From the NCBI GenBank assembly GCA_963514005.1, contig OY740814.1, forward strand, positions 7,750,001 through 7,814,000: DNA of 64,000 nucleotides. Reading direction: 5' to 3'. The notes under the pieces are model-generated. The model was given only the letters and a program-made list of their open reading frames with translations. It searched no databases and had not been told where the DNA came from. The stretch is from Raja brachyura. Lineage: Eukaryota. Positions 49,854 through 62,120 of this stretch are shown here, piece after piece. The position numbers were made by a program, and so were the translations under genes. Position 1 is the stretch's first letter. Each line of letters begins with the position of its first letter.

Positions 49854-50896
49854 TTACTAAAGGAAGTTACAAAATGATCAAATAATCTGAACAATGCGTT
49901 AAGCCACAAGAAAGTACGTTTAACCATGAACTGATAGTGGCAACAGTTGAAGATAATATCCTTTAAGTCACTGCAGCTAAAGTGGAGAGGTAAGCTGCAG
50001 CAAAAATAGAAAGAACAAGAAATCGATATCCAGTTCAAAAATATATGAATGTAGTCATATTTGCAACAAAACTCAATTGAAGAAAAAAGAAAATGAGTTT
50101 CTCTAAAAAGTATGATTTGAATTTTATATCTAATTGCTTCCTACAATGTTAATTCACTGCTGCATTCAAAATAACCTTCAGTTCCCGTCATCAATAAACA
50201 TGTCAAACAGAATGTGTCCTATGTTAGAGAGAAAAAATATCACTTGTCTTAACAAGAGTAAAAATAAAAATCATAATATGCCTGTAAATCACTCTGCTTC
50301 TTTAATCAGCACTGTTTCTACTGAATCCACCGTGCTGCTGAGAGCCATCTGTCAACCAACCCTATGCGATTCTGTACTGGTGCATGTTATCATATAGATG
50401 TTAGGAATGAAAAAAAGTAAATTAGCTATCAATCGTACATTATCACTAAATGGAAAACATTGATGGGTGATCCAATTCCATAAAAAAAGGACTTAACAAT
50501 TTTCGTTTTTATTTTGTTGCTTTTAGACTGGGTATGTGTGAATTTTTTGCTGTCCAGCATTCATAATGGAGACATTTATTTAAAAAAAAATATTACCTAG
50601 AAAGTGCTTTGTAAATTGCTATCCGGCCAAGTCAAACTCAGGCCAGCGATAACGAAGGGAACCACCAGCATTCAGCCACTCCAAATAATTCCTGGACATA
50701 CAGACTCTCTGCTAGATTGGGCCATGTCACATGACAAACGCCAGGAAAGGAGTCTACAGAATTCCCTAGCATTACTTCAGGATATCACCACTAATTTGAC
50801 GCAGGAATGGTAACACCTTTGTTTGAATGGTGATTTCAGGGCCTGTTACACAAAAAAAATCTGTTTTTATTGTTTTAAACTAGTTATTTATTTCTA

Positions 50897-51027
50897 ATGT
50901 GTAGGAAAGAACTGCAGATGCTGGTTTAAATCAAAGGTAGACACAAAATGCTGGAGTAACTCAATGGGACAGGCAGCATCTCTGGAGAGAAGGAATGGGT
51001 GATGTTTCGGTCGAGACCCTTCTTCAT
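50897..51027 (-). mobile_element. Short Penelope-derived element
   Basis: tgtgtaggaaagaactgcagatgctgg...gagacccttcttca. Confidence 0.8.
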
Positions 51028-52694
51028 AAATAAACATTCTTTATTTCTTAGTTTAATTCATTTAGATTATTCTCTAAACATTAAGAATTTAAACATTTTA
51101 ATTTTAACACAGACTTTCAAAACTTAGCAATGTTGTTAAAGAGCAAGGCTCCGGCCCCTCCTGTATAAGCTGCCAAGGCCCTTGGGGGTTAAAATCTCAA
51201 AAGTATGCTTCTACAGCCCTACCTATGGTAAATACCTCACTGATGTCTTCCAGATAAGCCATTCGATTAACTACATCTTAGCTGGTAAGAGTTTCAGTAG
51301 AAAATTAGGAATCTCTAACATAATTCCTGAATTTTGGTCAGAGACCTTTTTAATTATGATCAGAAAGCCTTGGATATGTTACATGGCGTCCAATAACTTG
51401 TACTGCAGATCAGAATATTATTTCCACATTTTTCCACACCCGCCCAGTCCATGGTCCACTCAAGATGCCTGACAATTTAAATGAACTTTTGTTATTGAAG
51501 TAATTTTCTTAGCTGGTTCTACCTCCCTCAGGGCTCCTATCCCACCCAAATTCTTCTCTTGCCGGGTCACATTCCCCGTCCGACACATCCTCGGCCAATC
51601 TACTGCTACCTGAATCAACTAAAAAAATCTCTCACAACAAACTTTAACCCTATTCCTCATGTTTCACAGCTTATCAACTACCAACTGCACAGAATTCCAA
51701 AAAAAAATCCTCTGCTCTACCTTAAAGATCCTCAAGTGTGAACACCAATTCTTAATGCCTGCCCATGACAAACCTAATACCTCCATTTCAAATAAAATGC
51801 ATAACATTCACTCATGTGCCTAGGAGCCACTCTTCTTCCCCTCATCACAGCCCCCAGATCTGTCCACTTTAATTTACCTCCTCCACGCTGTCAAAGAAAA
51901 GGCTTTTCCTTGTACAAATCTAATTTGAGAGTCCATTATCCCTTGGGTATTCCCTAGATGTGGTTTGGAAACAAAACATCTGCTGATCCACCAGTGCCAT
52001 TGCAGGTGGCAAATTCTAGGCCTTTTAAGCATTATAGTTGCTACAGAATAAAATCATCTTCAGATTTCTCCTGACTTCTCAAATATAAAAGTGAATGTAA
52101 AAGTTCTGGTGATCACTAGGACATTCGTAGCTGGGACTGCAAAATCCATTTTAAAGTTCTTTAATTCTCCCAAATAACAATGAGCTCAATATAATTTTCC
52201 AAAAAAAGTGCAACTGGTTAATTATAGTCATATTAAACTATTTAGATTAAGACTTCCAGTTTATTAGTCCAATAGTTTGAGTGTGAATTACCCAACAATG
52301 ATTTCCACATTCGGAAGCCTAGCCTGGGGACTGGTTCACACGTACAGTTGTCACACATTTAGTGTAATTTTCAAATCCTGTTTCTTTAACAGGTACGGAT
52401 GGATAATATGCCAAGATTTCAAAAGCTCTCTAATCCATAAGGAAAATTACAGCAATCTTCTGTGGCAAAATAAAATGTTATTAATTCTACCTTCTGATAG
52501 GGGACATAATTACAGCCTTGGATGTCTACAACTTTCCTACATTTTGTTTTGGATCTAGCGTTACCATTGATCTGTCACATTATGGAGAACAGTTGGGAGA
52601 ATCCACAAAGGGGAGTAATTACCTAAATCATAGTGACTAAAGCAATAAAATGTTTAAATGCACAAAAAAAAGTCTAATTTCTGGGAAAATAAAA

Positions 52695-53000
52695 GACTCC
52701 TTTCACGTACATCACAAAGCACTTCACAGCCAAAGAACTACCTTGGAAGTATATTATAGGTAATGCCTACCGCAGGAGAACCAATCCCCTCTTTAAATTA
52801 ACACAATCTTTTGCATTCATCCAAAGTAAAGAGGATCTCAGTTTAACATTCCATTTCAAAGCCAACATGTCTATCCAGAAAATGTTGTTTTGCAAGAAGT
52901 GTCATCTTGGATTACATAATTAAACCTCTCATGCGATGTTTGAACAACATTTTGCCGAGTCAAAAGCAAGAGAGTGACATCCAAGCCAAGATTGGCATCT
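52695..53000 (-). mobile_element. Decayed DeuSINE-like element
   Basis: cctttcac...caaagcacttcacagccaaagaactacc resembles the reverse-complemented DeuSINE tail. Confidence 0.55.
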
Positions 53001-53207
53001 CTAATCAAGCTACCGTAATACGGTAAATACGGAAAATAAATTTTGTTTAATTTAACAAAATAAAATGTTAATTATTTTAACATTTTTGCAGTTCCCCAAA
53101 AGTAGATCAAGCAACAAATCCAGTTACCGCCCATTTGATGCAAGTAGCAGCATCTACATGTAGAATTCTCATTAGAAGTACAGGACTTGTTCATAAAGCG
53201 CAAATAT

Positions 53208-54347
53208 ATAGAAACATAGAAATTAGGTGCAGGATTAGGCCATTCGGCCCTTCGAGCCTGCACCGCCATTCAATATGATCATGGCTGATCATCCAACTCA
53301 GTATCCCGTACCTGCCTTCTCTCCATACCCTCTGATCCCCTTAGCCACAAGGGCCACATCTAACTCCCTCTTAAATATAGCCAATGAACTGGCCTCAACT
53401 ACCCTCTGTGGCAGAGAGTTCCAGAGACTCACCACTCTCTGTGTGAAAAAAGTCTTTCTCATCTCGGTCTTGAAGGATTTCCCCCTTATCCTTAAGCTGT
53501 GACCCCTTGTCCTGGACTTCCCCAACATCGGGAACAATCTTCCTGCATCTAGCCTGTCCAACCCCTTAAGAATTTTATAAGTTTCTACAAGATCCCCTCT
53601 CAATCTCCTAAATTCTAGAGAGTACAAACAGAGTCTATCCAGTCTTTCTTCATAAGACAGTCCAGACATCCCAGGAATCAGTCTGGTGAACCTTCTCTGC
53701 ACTCCCTCTATGGCAATAATGTCCTTCCTCAGATGTGGAGACCAAAACTGCACGCAATACTCCAGGTGTGGTCTCACCAAGACCCTGTACAACTGAAGTA
53801 AAACCTCCCTGCTCCTATACTCAAATCCTTTTGCTATGAAAGCTAACTTACCATTCGCTTTCTTCACTGCCTGCTGCACCTGCATGCCTACTTTCAATGA
53901 CTGGTGTACCATAACACCCAGGTCTCGCTGCATCTCCCCTTTTCCTAATCGGCCACCATTTAGATAATAGTCTGCTTTCCTGTGTTTGCCACCAATGTGG
54001 ATAAATGTGAGGTTACACTGCATTACACTGCATCTGCCAAACATTTGCCCACTCACCCAGCCTATCCAAGTCACCTTGCAGTCTCCTAGCATCCTCCTCA
54101 CAGCTAACACTGCCCCCCAGCTTAGTGTCATCCGCAAACTTGGAGATATTGCCTTCAATTCCCTCATCCAGATCGTTAATATATATTGTAAATAGCTGTG
54201 GTCCCAGCACTGAGCCTTGCAGTACCTCACTAGTCACTGCCTGCCATTGTGAAAAGGACCCGTTTACTCCTACTCTCTGCTTCCTGTTTGCCAGCCAATT
54301 CTCTATCCACATCAATACAGAACCCACAATGCCGTATGCTTTAAGTT
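53208..54347 (-). mobile_element. Young 5'-truncated CR1 LINE (RT domain to 3' end, frameshifted near 54020)
   Basis: WIENWLANRKQRV...QGSVLGPQLFTIYINDLD...KFADDTKLGG and LVRPHLEYCVQFWSP...FFTQRVVSLWNSLP; tttctatg tail. Confidence 0.96.
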
Positions 54348-56599
54348 TGTACTTCCATGTGTTTGTAGAATGCAGGTGCAAAAGGGATTACTAATGATGT
54401 GACACGGATGAAGCCGCAGTTAATGCTTTTTCAAAAATGCCTTTAGCTTTTTTTCCATTTTGGGACATTTCATGTCAATGTCTTAGTATAATAGGTCACC
54501 TCTTTTAAAGCCCAAATGAAGAAAATCCTGAGGGAACACGTGTTTGCAGCATGAAAGTGATCATGAGTCTTTGTCTCATTGCACCAGGAAGCAAGTTGAT
54601 TTTGTATTGGCAGAGAAAATAAGTTTTCACCCTCATTTGTTCTGCTGCACTACTCTGGTATTGGAAAAAAAGTGTTTTAAAAACGCAGATGTTATTAATG
54701 ACATTGCAGGTTTGGATGTAGCATGCTCTCTAGAAAATGTGCTTTTTTAAAGGCTGGTATGTCATTAAAACATGTATAGTACTGAATAAATTCTTATTTT
54801 TTCAATCCACAGCTTTAAGTATGTTTCATTACAATTAGCATCAAAATCAGGAAGGAAAGATTATTTACCTCTGGCAGCACTGAGTCATACTGTTACAAAT
54901 TTATAAAATACCCAGGTCTTCTTTTGTTTTTGAAAAATGTGGAGGAGATTTTTATAAAGTTTCCAACTTCAATTCAGTTAATCCATGTAAATATTGCATG
55001 TAATAGCTAATTAGCAAATCACAACTATGTGACTTCATATATTTTAGCACAAAATGAATGTGAACACAAAAAAATGGAAAATGGATACTAAAGGGATATT
55101 ACAAAGCTGGGTACCCAGGATTATTTCCAGAACAGAAACATGATTACCCACAAGTCATTTAATAGTGAAAATATAAGTTTTATTTTTTAAAGTAAGCAGT
55201 GTTAGTACCATCACAACATACCACCAAACACTTGCACAAGAACCGTTTCCATCTTAAACAAATAAAATATTTTGTTCCATTTTAAACAGTTCCCTCCCCA
55301 AAAGTTATAGTTCATGCTAGCTCAGTACTCAGTACATATACCAGTACTCATTTAAAATGGTCGTTTGGAAACTTACGCGATCATAATTATATATACAAAT
55401 GAGTGACATCCCAAAGGGGACAACCAATCTTGAAACAGATTTCTACCTCCATCTTAGGCAGCGGATATGAAGACCAATTCTTGCCTACATGATCCATCCT
55501 CACTCAAACCAGTACTTTCATTCAGCCTCTTATGCAAATATCGAGTTTTCTTTTGCTCAGTAACAACTTATATTCACATAGCATCTCAAAGAAATAACAT
55601 TGGGGAGATTCAGGATCAGAGAGATTGTAACTTATAAAAGAGGTTTCATCTGGAATCAAACAGTAGCCAAGGAAAAGAATGAATTCCATGGAGTTAGTGA
55701 TCAGAATTTTAAACAAGTTGGAGGTAATAGAACTCCATAACAGTAAAACCTTCTTTAAGAGTTTACAATTGTCAAATGTCAATGTTCATGAAACAAGACT
55801 ACAACGAAATGTCTTCCCAGAAACGAAATAAGTAAAGGAAGAAAATCATAAGTCCAAAAATAAAATCAATCCAAGTTGAAGGTCAGAACATCCATTATCT
55901 CTGTTGCCTCCAACAATGAACAGAGGTTTGAGAGTTTCATTTTCACCTTCGCCTGCTGGAAAACACTGGCAAAAATCATTATTTGAAAATCTAAAGCATC
56001 CCGAGCTCCAATTATTAATTCAGTTTTTTTTGTTGATTGCTATTTGTTGATGCAGATTTGGAAATCACAGGTACTTCTCACATGTTCTCCAATCCTTCCT
56101 TGCATCTTTAAACAACTTCTCCAACCACCAACCCCCAGAAGTGTCAGAAATGAAACTTCAACATTTTTTATCTGCAAAGTTATGTATGAATTTCATCATT
56201 TAAGGTCACCTCACCACCAGCTTATTTCACCATTCTGCATGCATAAACATAGTATCTACTCCACAAATGCCAAGTGGCAGATATCATTTTTGCAGCTATT
56301 CTCAGTCTATGAATTCAGAGTTAATATTATTTTTATTCGGGTAAATTTGTCTATTCTCTGTTAGTGGAGTTTAAACTGGATATAGTACCATTTAGGTTTT
56401 TATTAAAGGGCTACACACAAACTCATCTGAGAATCACATGGACTTTGAGGCTTGAAACTAACGGATGTACATGTGCAATAATTTACCCATACCTGCTTGA
56501 ATACATAGAAAATAGGTGCAGGAGGAGGCCATTCGGCCCTTCGAGCCAGCACCAAGCCAGCGACCAATACATTTTCAAATATCTGGTACACTTAAATTA

Positions 56600-56694
56600 A
56601 AGTTTGAAGAAGGGTCTCGACCCGAAATGTCACCCATTCCTTCTCTCCAGAAATGATGCCCATCCCGCTGAGTTACTCCAGCATTTTGTGTCTA
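56600..56694 (+). mobile_element. Short Penelope-derived element
   Basis: tttgaagaagggtctcgacccgaaatgtcacccattcc...ccagcattttgtgtc; imperfect flanking duplication tacacttaaatt / tacatttaaatt. Confidence 0.78.
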
Positions 56695-57269
56695 CATTTA
56701 AATTCACAACTGGTTTCACTTTACAAGAAATCAAAAGAACATGCAAACAAAGCCAGTGAACAACATGTAATGAAACTCAAAGAAAACTCTGGTGCAAAAG
56801 GCCTCTTGGTGTAATTTGATTTAAACCTTACAGAATACACAAAACTATTTCAACACATGTCTTTTCAATGAATCCAGATATTTGATTTCAACCACCATTG
56901 TTGGTTAAACCTCAAATTAAGCAATGAAAAACACTAATTTTGGAATTGTTTATTCCACTCTAAATATACTTCGGAAGCTTATTAAATATCTAGTTCATAT
57001 TTGAGTCAACAATAATCACTGAATTTATCATAGGTTTACAAAGAGTAACACAATCTTAATTAAAATTATATTTAATAAACCAGAGCATATGACACCATCC
57101 TCTATTGCTCAGCCTACGAGCATGAAGTGCGAATATAATTAGGGCTCGGTTCCCTTTAAAAAATGCTTTCTCTATACTAATAGACAGCATCCAGCAAAAG
57201 AAAAATAGGGATATATGCATTCTCAAATAGATGCAAAAGATTCCATTGAACTTTTATAATAAATGCAGC

Positions 57270-57950
57270 TTGGGAGAGATGCCGCATCCCTGCATCCTGG
57301 CCAATATTTATCTTTTGGCTGTTATCATTGAAATAGATTACCTCATCTTCACAACAATTCGTATCTCTTGGTGGGAGCTGGCTGTATACAAATTAATGTT
57401 TAATATAAATAAATACCCCAGCCAAGTATACCTTGCAGTTTAACAGTTAAACAGAAAGTATTGTGGAGAAAGTATTGTGGAGAAAGTATTGTGGAGAAAG
57501 TATTGTGGAGAAAGTATTGTGGAGAAAGTATTGTGGAGAAAGTATTGTGGAGAAAGTATTGTGGAGAAAGTATTGTGGAGAAAGTATTGTGGAGAAAGTA
57601 TTGTGGAGAAGGGAATGCTATACTGTTGGAGTTGCCACCTTCCCAATGACACATTAAATGGAGTCCAGCCAGTCCTCATGTTGGATGAAAATAATTCCAT
57701 TCAACTATATATATATTTTTTAAGTAGTTATTCTTGGTGGCCTCACCAATACTTAACCTTCAAGTATTTTCATTGAAAAAAAGATTTAATCATGTTTACA
57801 TTGCTATTTGAAAGAGCTTGTGATACCCAAGTGGGTTGCTGGGGTTTACTCAACCGGAGACTAAGCTTCAAAATATACTACACGGGCTATGATGTGTTCT
57901 GAAATGTCTTCAAAGGCACTGTATCAATGTGCATCTTTATTTTTAAACAA
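57270..57950 (+). mobile_element. Two decayed DeuSINE-like segments flanking a minisatellite
   Basis: tcctggccaatatttatc...gtgggagctggctgt (57290-57400) and gccaccttcccaatgacacattaaa...aaggcactgtatcaatgtgcatcttt (57630-57940). Confidence 0.6.
57453..57610. repeat. Minisatellite, 11 perfect copies of the 14-mer AGAAAGTATTGTGG
   Basis: Direct reading; no spacers. Confidence 0.97.
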
Positions 57951-58715
57951 ATAGGTACATGTATTTTGGAAGACCCTAAAAACTCTTGAACAAGTATAAA
58001 TATATAATTTTATTTTTTTCATTTGTGCATTCATCCATAATAAAATGGTGTTCTCAGGAATACTTTATTTTCTTTAAAGGGAAGATTAAGATCATTTGAA
58101 TGCAAAAGTGTATATCCTATACTAGCCCTCTCCAGCTTTCGAGCCTCCAACACATGAATAACCCATGTGAATGAATACTTGGGAGAGTAGTGGTACGAAT
58201 TTGCCGACTGTTGCAAGGCTGCAAGAGATCTTCTGTCGTGTGGGAACTCAGTTTGGAGCTACATTTCCGAATTATTGAACTGTTCAGGTTACAGTAGTTG
58301 AACTAAAAATCTCGGAAATGTTGAGTATGGTCTAATACCTTGTGTATCTAATCCCTTTACTGCTATGCTATTTCACAATATGAATGTATAATATAGCTAT
58401 ATTTTTCATTAAAACATTCAAAGAAAATACAAAAGGTAAATGTATAATACCTTGGAGCAAACTTCACATTACAAGGATTGTGCCATTATGCACATCTATA
58501 TTCAGGTATGTAATGCTGTGTAAAACTTTTATTGGCAACAAAATAATTTGCTTAATGAGAAAATGTAGTTTCAAGTTATGTTTGAGGCATAGTCCATATT
58601 TATTACATAAAACATTGAGTAGTACAGCACAAGAACAGCTACATCAGCGCATTATGCCAGTGTCGAACATTATGCTAAGACCATCTCTTATCTACCTGAA
58701 CATAATCCATATCCC

Positions 58716-59130
58716 GAAGATAGACACATAAAGCTGGAGTAACACTGCGGGACAGGCAACATCTCTGAAGAGAAGGAATGGGTGATGTTTTGGGTCGAGA
58801 CCCTTCTTCAGACTGGTTAGGGATAAGGGAAATGAGAGATACAGACAGTGATGTGGAGAGATGTGAATGAAAGATATGCAAAAAGGTAACAATGTTACTT
58901 TTTGCATATCCTTTATCATCTTTACTTTTTTGCATATCTTTCATTCATTGTTCTTTATCTCTCCACATTACCGTCTATATCTCTTTTTTCCCTTATCCCT
59001 AACCAGTCTGATGAAGGCTCTCGACCTGAAACGTCACCCATTCCTTCTCTCCAGAGATCTGCCTGTCTTAGTTACTCCAGCTTTTTGTGTCTATCTTCTG
59101 TTTAAACCTGTATCTGCAGTTCCTTCTTAC
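58716..59130. mobile_element. Long fold-back Penelope-derived insertion nested in a CR1 3' fragment (CR1 about 58620-59400, minus strand)
   Basis: 16-bp TSD ACATAATCCATATCCC (58700-58715 and 59131-59146); inverted arms of about 170 bp. Confidence 0.88.
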
Positions 59131-60189
59131 ACATAATCCATATCCCTCTATTTTCTGCATATCCATTAACCTATCCAAAAGCATTTTATATTGTAGCTGC
59201 CTCAACCACCACCTCAACCAACCACCAGCACGTTCCACGCACTCACCACCCTGTGTAAAACAAAACCTTGCCCACACACTCCGTTAATCTTTGCCCCTCT
59301 CACCTTAAAGCTATGCTCTCTAGCATTTGATTTTTTCCATCTTGTGAAAAAGGCTTTCCCTATCTGTGCCTCTCACAATTGGATATTCTTCTATCCAACT
59401 ACTGTTGGGAAGGTAGCAGTAGGTTGACTTCTTGAATTGGTGCTGTTCAAATCACAAAGGTGCTGAGTTGGACAGTGCCAAATTTTTGATCAAATTTAAA
59501 AAAAAACACCCTAGTCAAAATGGGTGCGACTCTTACAAAAAGGTAAAAGTGATGGGTTTTGCACATGACTGTTTCCCTCCTGTGGCAACAAAGGCAACAA
59601 ATTTAGTACCTGCTGCTAAAAACAGTCTGGCAAGTTATTCCAGTGGACTGTGTAAATATTGCATGATGTAACCACAATGAGTCAGTGGTAAATGAAATGG
59701 ATATCCAAGCTGGTAGATGGAATGGAATGCTTTGTCTTGAATTTCATCAAGCTTCCTGAATGTTACATGGACATGCTTGCAGATAGGTATCATATCTCTG
59801 ATTTGTGCCTTAGAGGTATTAAAGACTATGTTGTGAAGTTAGGAGGATAGCTACTCATCACAGAATATTTAGTCTCCGATGTGTTCTACTAGCCATGAGA
59901 TTCAAATATTAGCATGAGATTCAGTGCGAGATTGCAGCATTTCATAAGTTGCTTGGTAATGAAAAATATAATATTGTTTAATGTCAACAGTAGACACCTT
60001 CTTCTTGGAGATGGTCTATGCTTGGCACATCAATTATTTCATCCCCAGGTTATCAGGGAGGAGTTCTTTAATGGGGCTAATCCATGTATATATTGTTTTA
60101 TGTTTACTAGCCAAACCCTCTTGTCATAAAGAGTTTACAATAATGGGCAGAACGGGTTTCAATATATGAAGAATTATAACGAACACTAA

Positions 60190-62120
60190 AAACAGGAATA
60201 GGCTACCTACACTCACAGGTCTGCCACACATTCAATGCAAGCATGGCTGATTAGTACCAGATCACAACCTCTTCTTTATCAGCTCTCCACAGCCCTCAAT
60301 TCCCTGATCTTTGAAATATTTATTTATTTACATTTTATCTCGAGCCACCACCCTGTTCTGGGGTAGAGAGTTATAGAGACTCACCACCAAAAATAAATGA
60401 GTGCACATTTTGGTTTTAAATGATTGCTTCTGGTCTCATATCTACATCACCTCATTAGACCCTTCCATAGACGGAAATATCTGAACATTTAGCCTATCAT
60501 GTGTGTCCTTTGCATCTTAGACGTTTCCAGCACTCGTTATTCATCTAAACTTCAGTGAATATGTAAGGTAACTTCTTTAGCATCTCATTTTAGCTCAATC
60601 CTCTCTTTCCAGGATTCAGCTTGGTGAATCTCTTTTGCCAATATATCGTTTGCTAAACAAGGTGACCAAAATTGTACAGTATTCCAGGTGTGCCCTCACC
60701 AGCGCGCTGTACAAATATAACAATACTTCCCCAATTCTAAATCCCAACTTCCTTGTAATAAAAAGTGTCAACATGCTGTTTGTTTTTTTTAAACTAGTGG
60801 TAGTCTTCTCACACTTACACAGTCTGTGCATTTCTAGTCACCACAGTATGACAGGGATGTGACTGGGCTGGAGAGAGTGCAAAGAAGATTCACTAGGTGT
60901 TATGTACATTGGAGGACTTCAGTTATGGGAAGAGTTTAATAGGCTTGGCATGTTTTCCCTGAAAGATTCCAAGAAGCATAGATTGAGTAGATTTTACCAT
61001 CATAAGGAGAACAAAGAACTGCAGATGCTGGTTTATAACAAAGATAGACACAAAGTGCTGGAGTAACTCAGCAGGTCAGAGGAAGCGTTCCAACCCGAAA
61101 CGCCACCTATCCTTTATCTCCAGAGATGCTGCCTGATCCACTGAGTTTTTGCAGCACTTAGTGGATACCTTTGGACATAGATTTGTAAGTGAGAGGTAGG
61201 GGTTTTAAAGGGAATATGAGCATTTGGTTTTTGTTATTACCCAGAGTGTGGATGGTATCTGTAACATACTGTCAGAGGTGGTAGTGGAATCAGAGACAAT
61301 TACTACATTTAAGAGACATGTACACAGATACTTAAACCAGCAAGGCAAAGGAGGATGTCATCCTAATATGGGCGTGAGATTAGTGTAGATAGACAAAGAA
61401 AGATTGGATGTGCTCGATTTAAGGGTCTATTTCTCTGCTGTAAATAAAGTCTGACCATCTATATCCTGTTGAATGGGATTGAATAATGTGTAGTTATCTG
61501 CAAAAGTCAGCTTTGTGATCTCAAGATGGGCAAAAGGTCATTAATGAAAGAGGAGAAACTGATTTGGCCTGACTGATCAACTACCCTGATTATCTGGGTA
61601 ACTATCTGACATTCCTTTGTGTCAAAATTGACTCGAGAAATGGCAGCATGATGGCACAGCTGGTAGAGCCACTCCTCACAATACCAGAGGCCTAGAGGCA
61701 ATCCTGACCCGAGGCGCTAGCACTGAAGATTGCTAGCTTTCCCTGTGACCATATAGGCTTCCTCCAACATCCCAGAGATGTCATTGGTACATTAATTGGC
61801 CATTGTAAATTGCCCCTGGTGTGTACGTGAATGCATCAGAAGAAAATGTCAGCCTACCATGAAGAACCTTGTCAAAAGCCTTACTAAAATCTATGTATAC
61901 ACCATCCACCTTCAGCAATCTCCTTTGTCACCTCCTAAAACAACTCAATCAAGTTAGTGAAACACTACCTGCCACGTGCAAACATGTGTTGGCTATCCCT
62001 AATTAGGCCACTCATGTGGCTCTTCCAAATGAGTGCAAATCCTATTGGAAAGAATTCTCTCCAATTGCTTCCTACTACTGATGTGAGGCTCACCAGCATG
62101 TAGTTCCCTGGATTCTCTCT
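60190..62120. mobile_element. Cluster of decayed CR1 fragments on both strands, with a nested Penelope-derived palindrome (about 61010-61170) and a V-SINE (about 61640-61830)
   Basis: LYSALVRAHLEYC (minus strand), ctggagagagtgcaaagaagattcactagg (plus strand), ccttgtcaaaagccttactaaaatc = DFSKAFDK (minus strand). Confidence 0.7.

Noticed and set aside
50597-50691. 95-nt cassette (poison) exon in intron 1
   Set aside because: An AG and a GT are present but the polypyrimidine tract is poor and there is no homology; kept only as part of the regulatory-cluster hypothesis
53298-54381. 310-aa and 122-aa ORFs as a host gene or novel RT system
   Set aside because: Frameshifted, 5'-truncated CR1 ORF2 with a standard CR1 3' UTR
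57453-57610. Possible CRISPR array or repetitive protein ORFs
   Set aside because: Head-to-tail identical 14-mers with no spacers, in a vertebrate intron; the ORFs are by-products of a stop-free repeat
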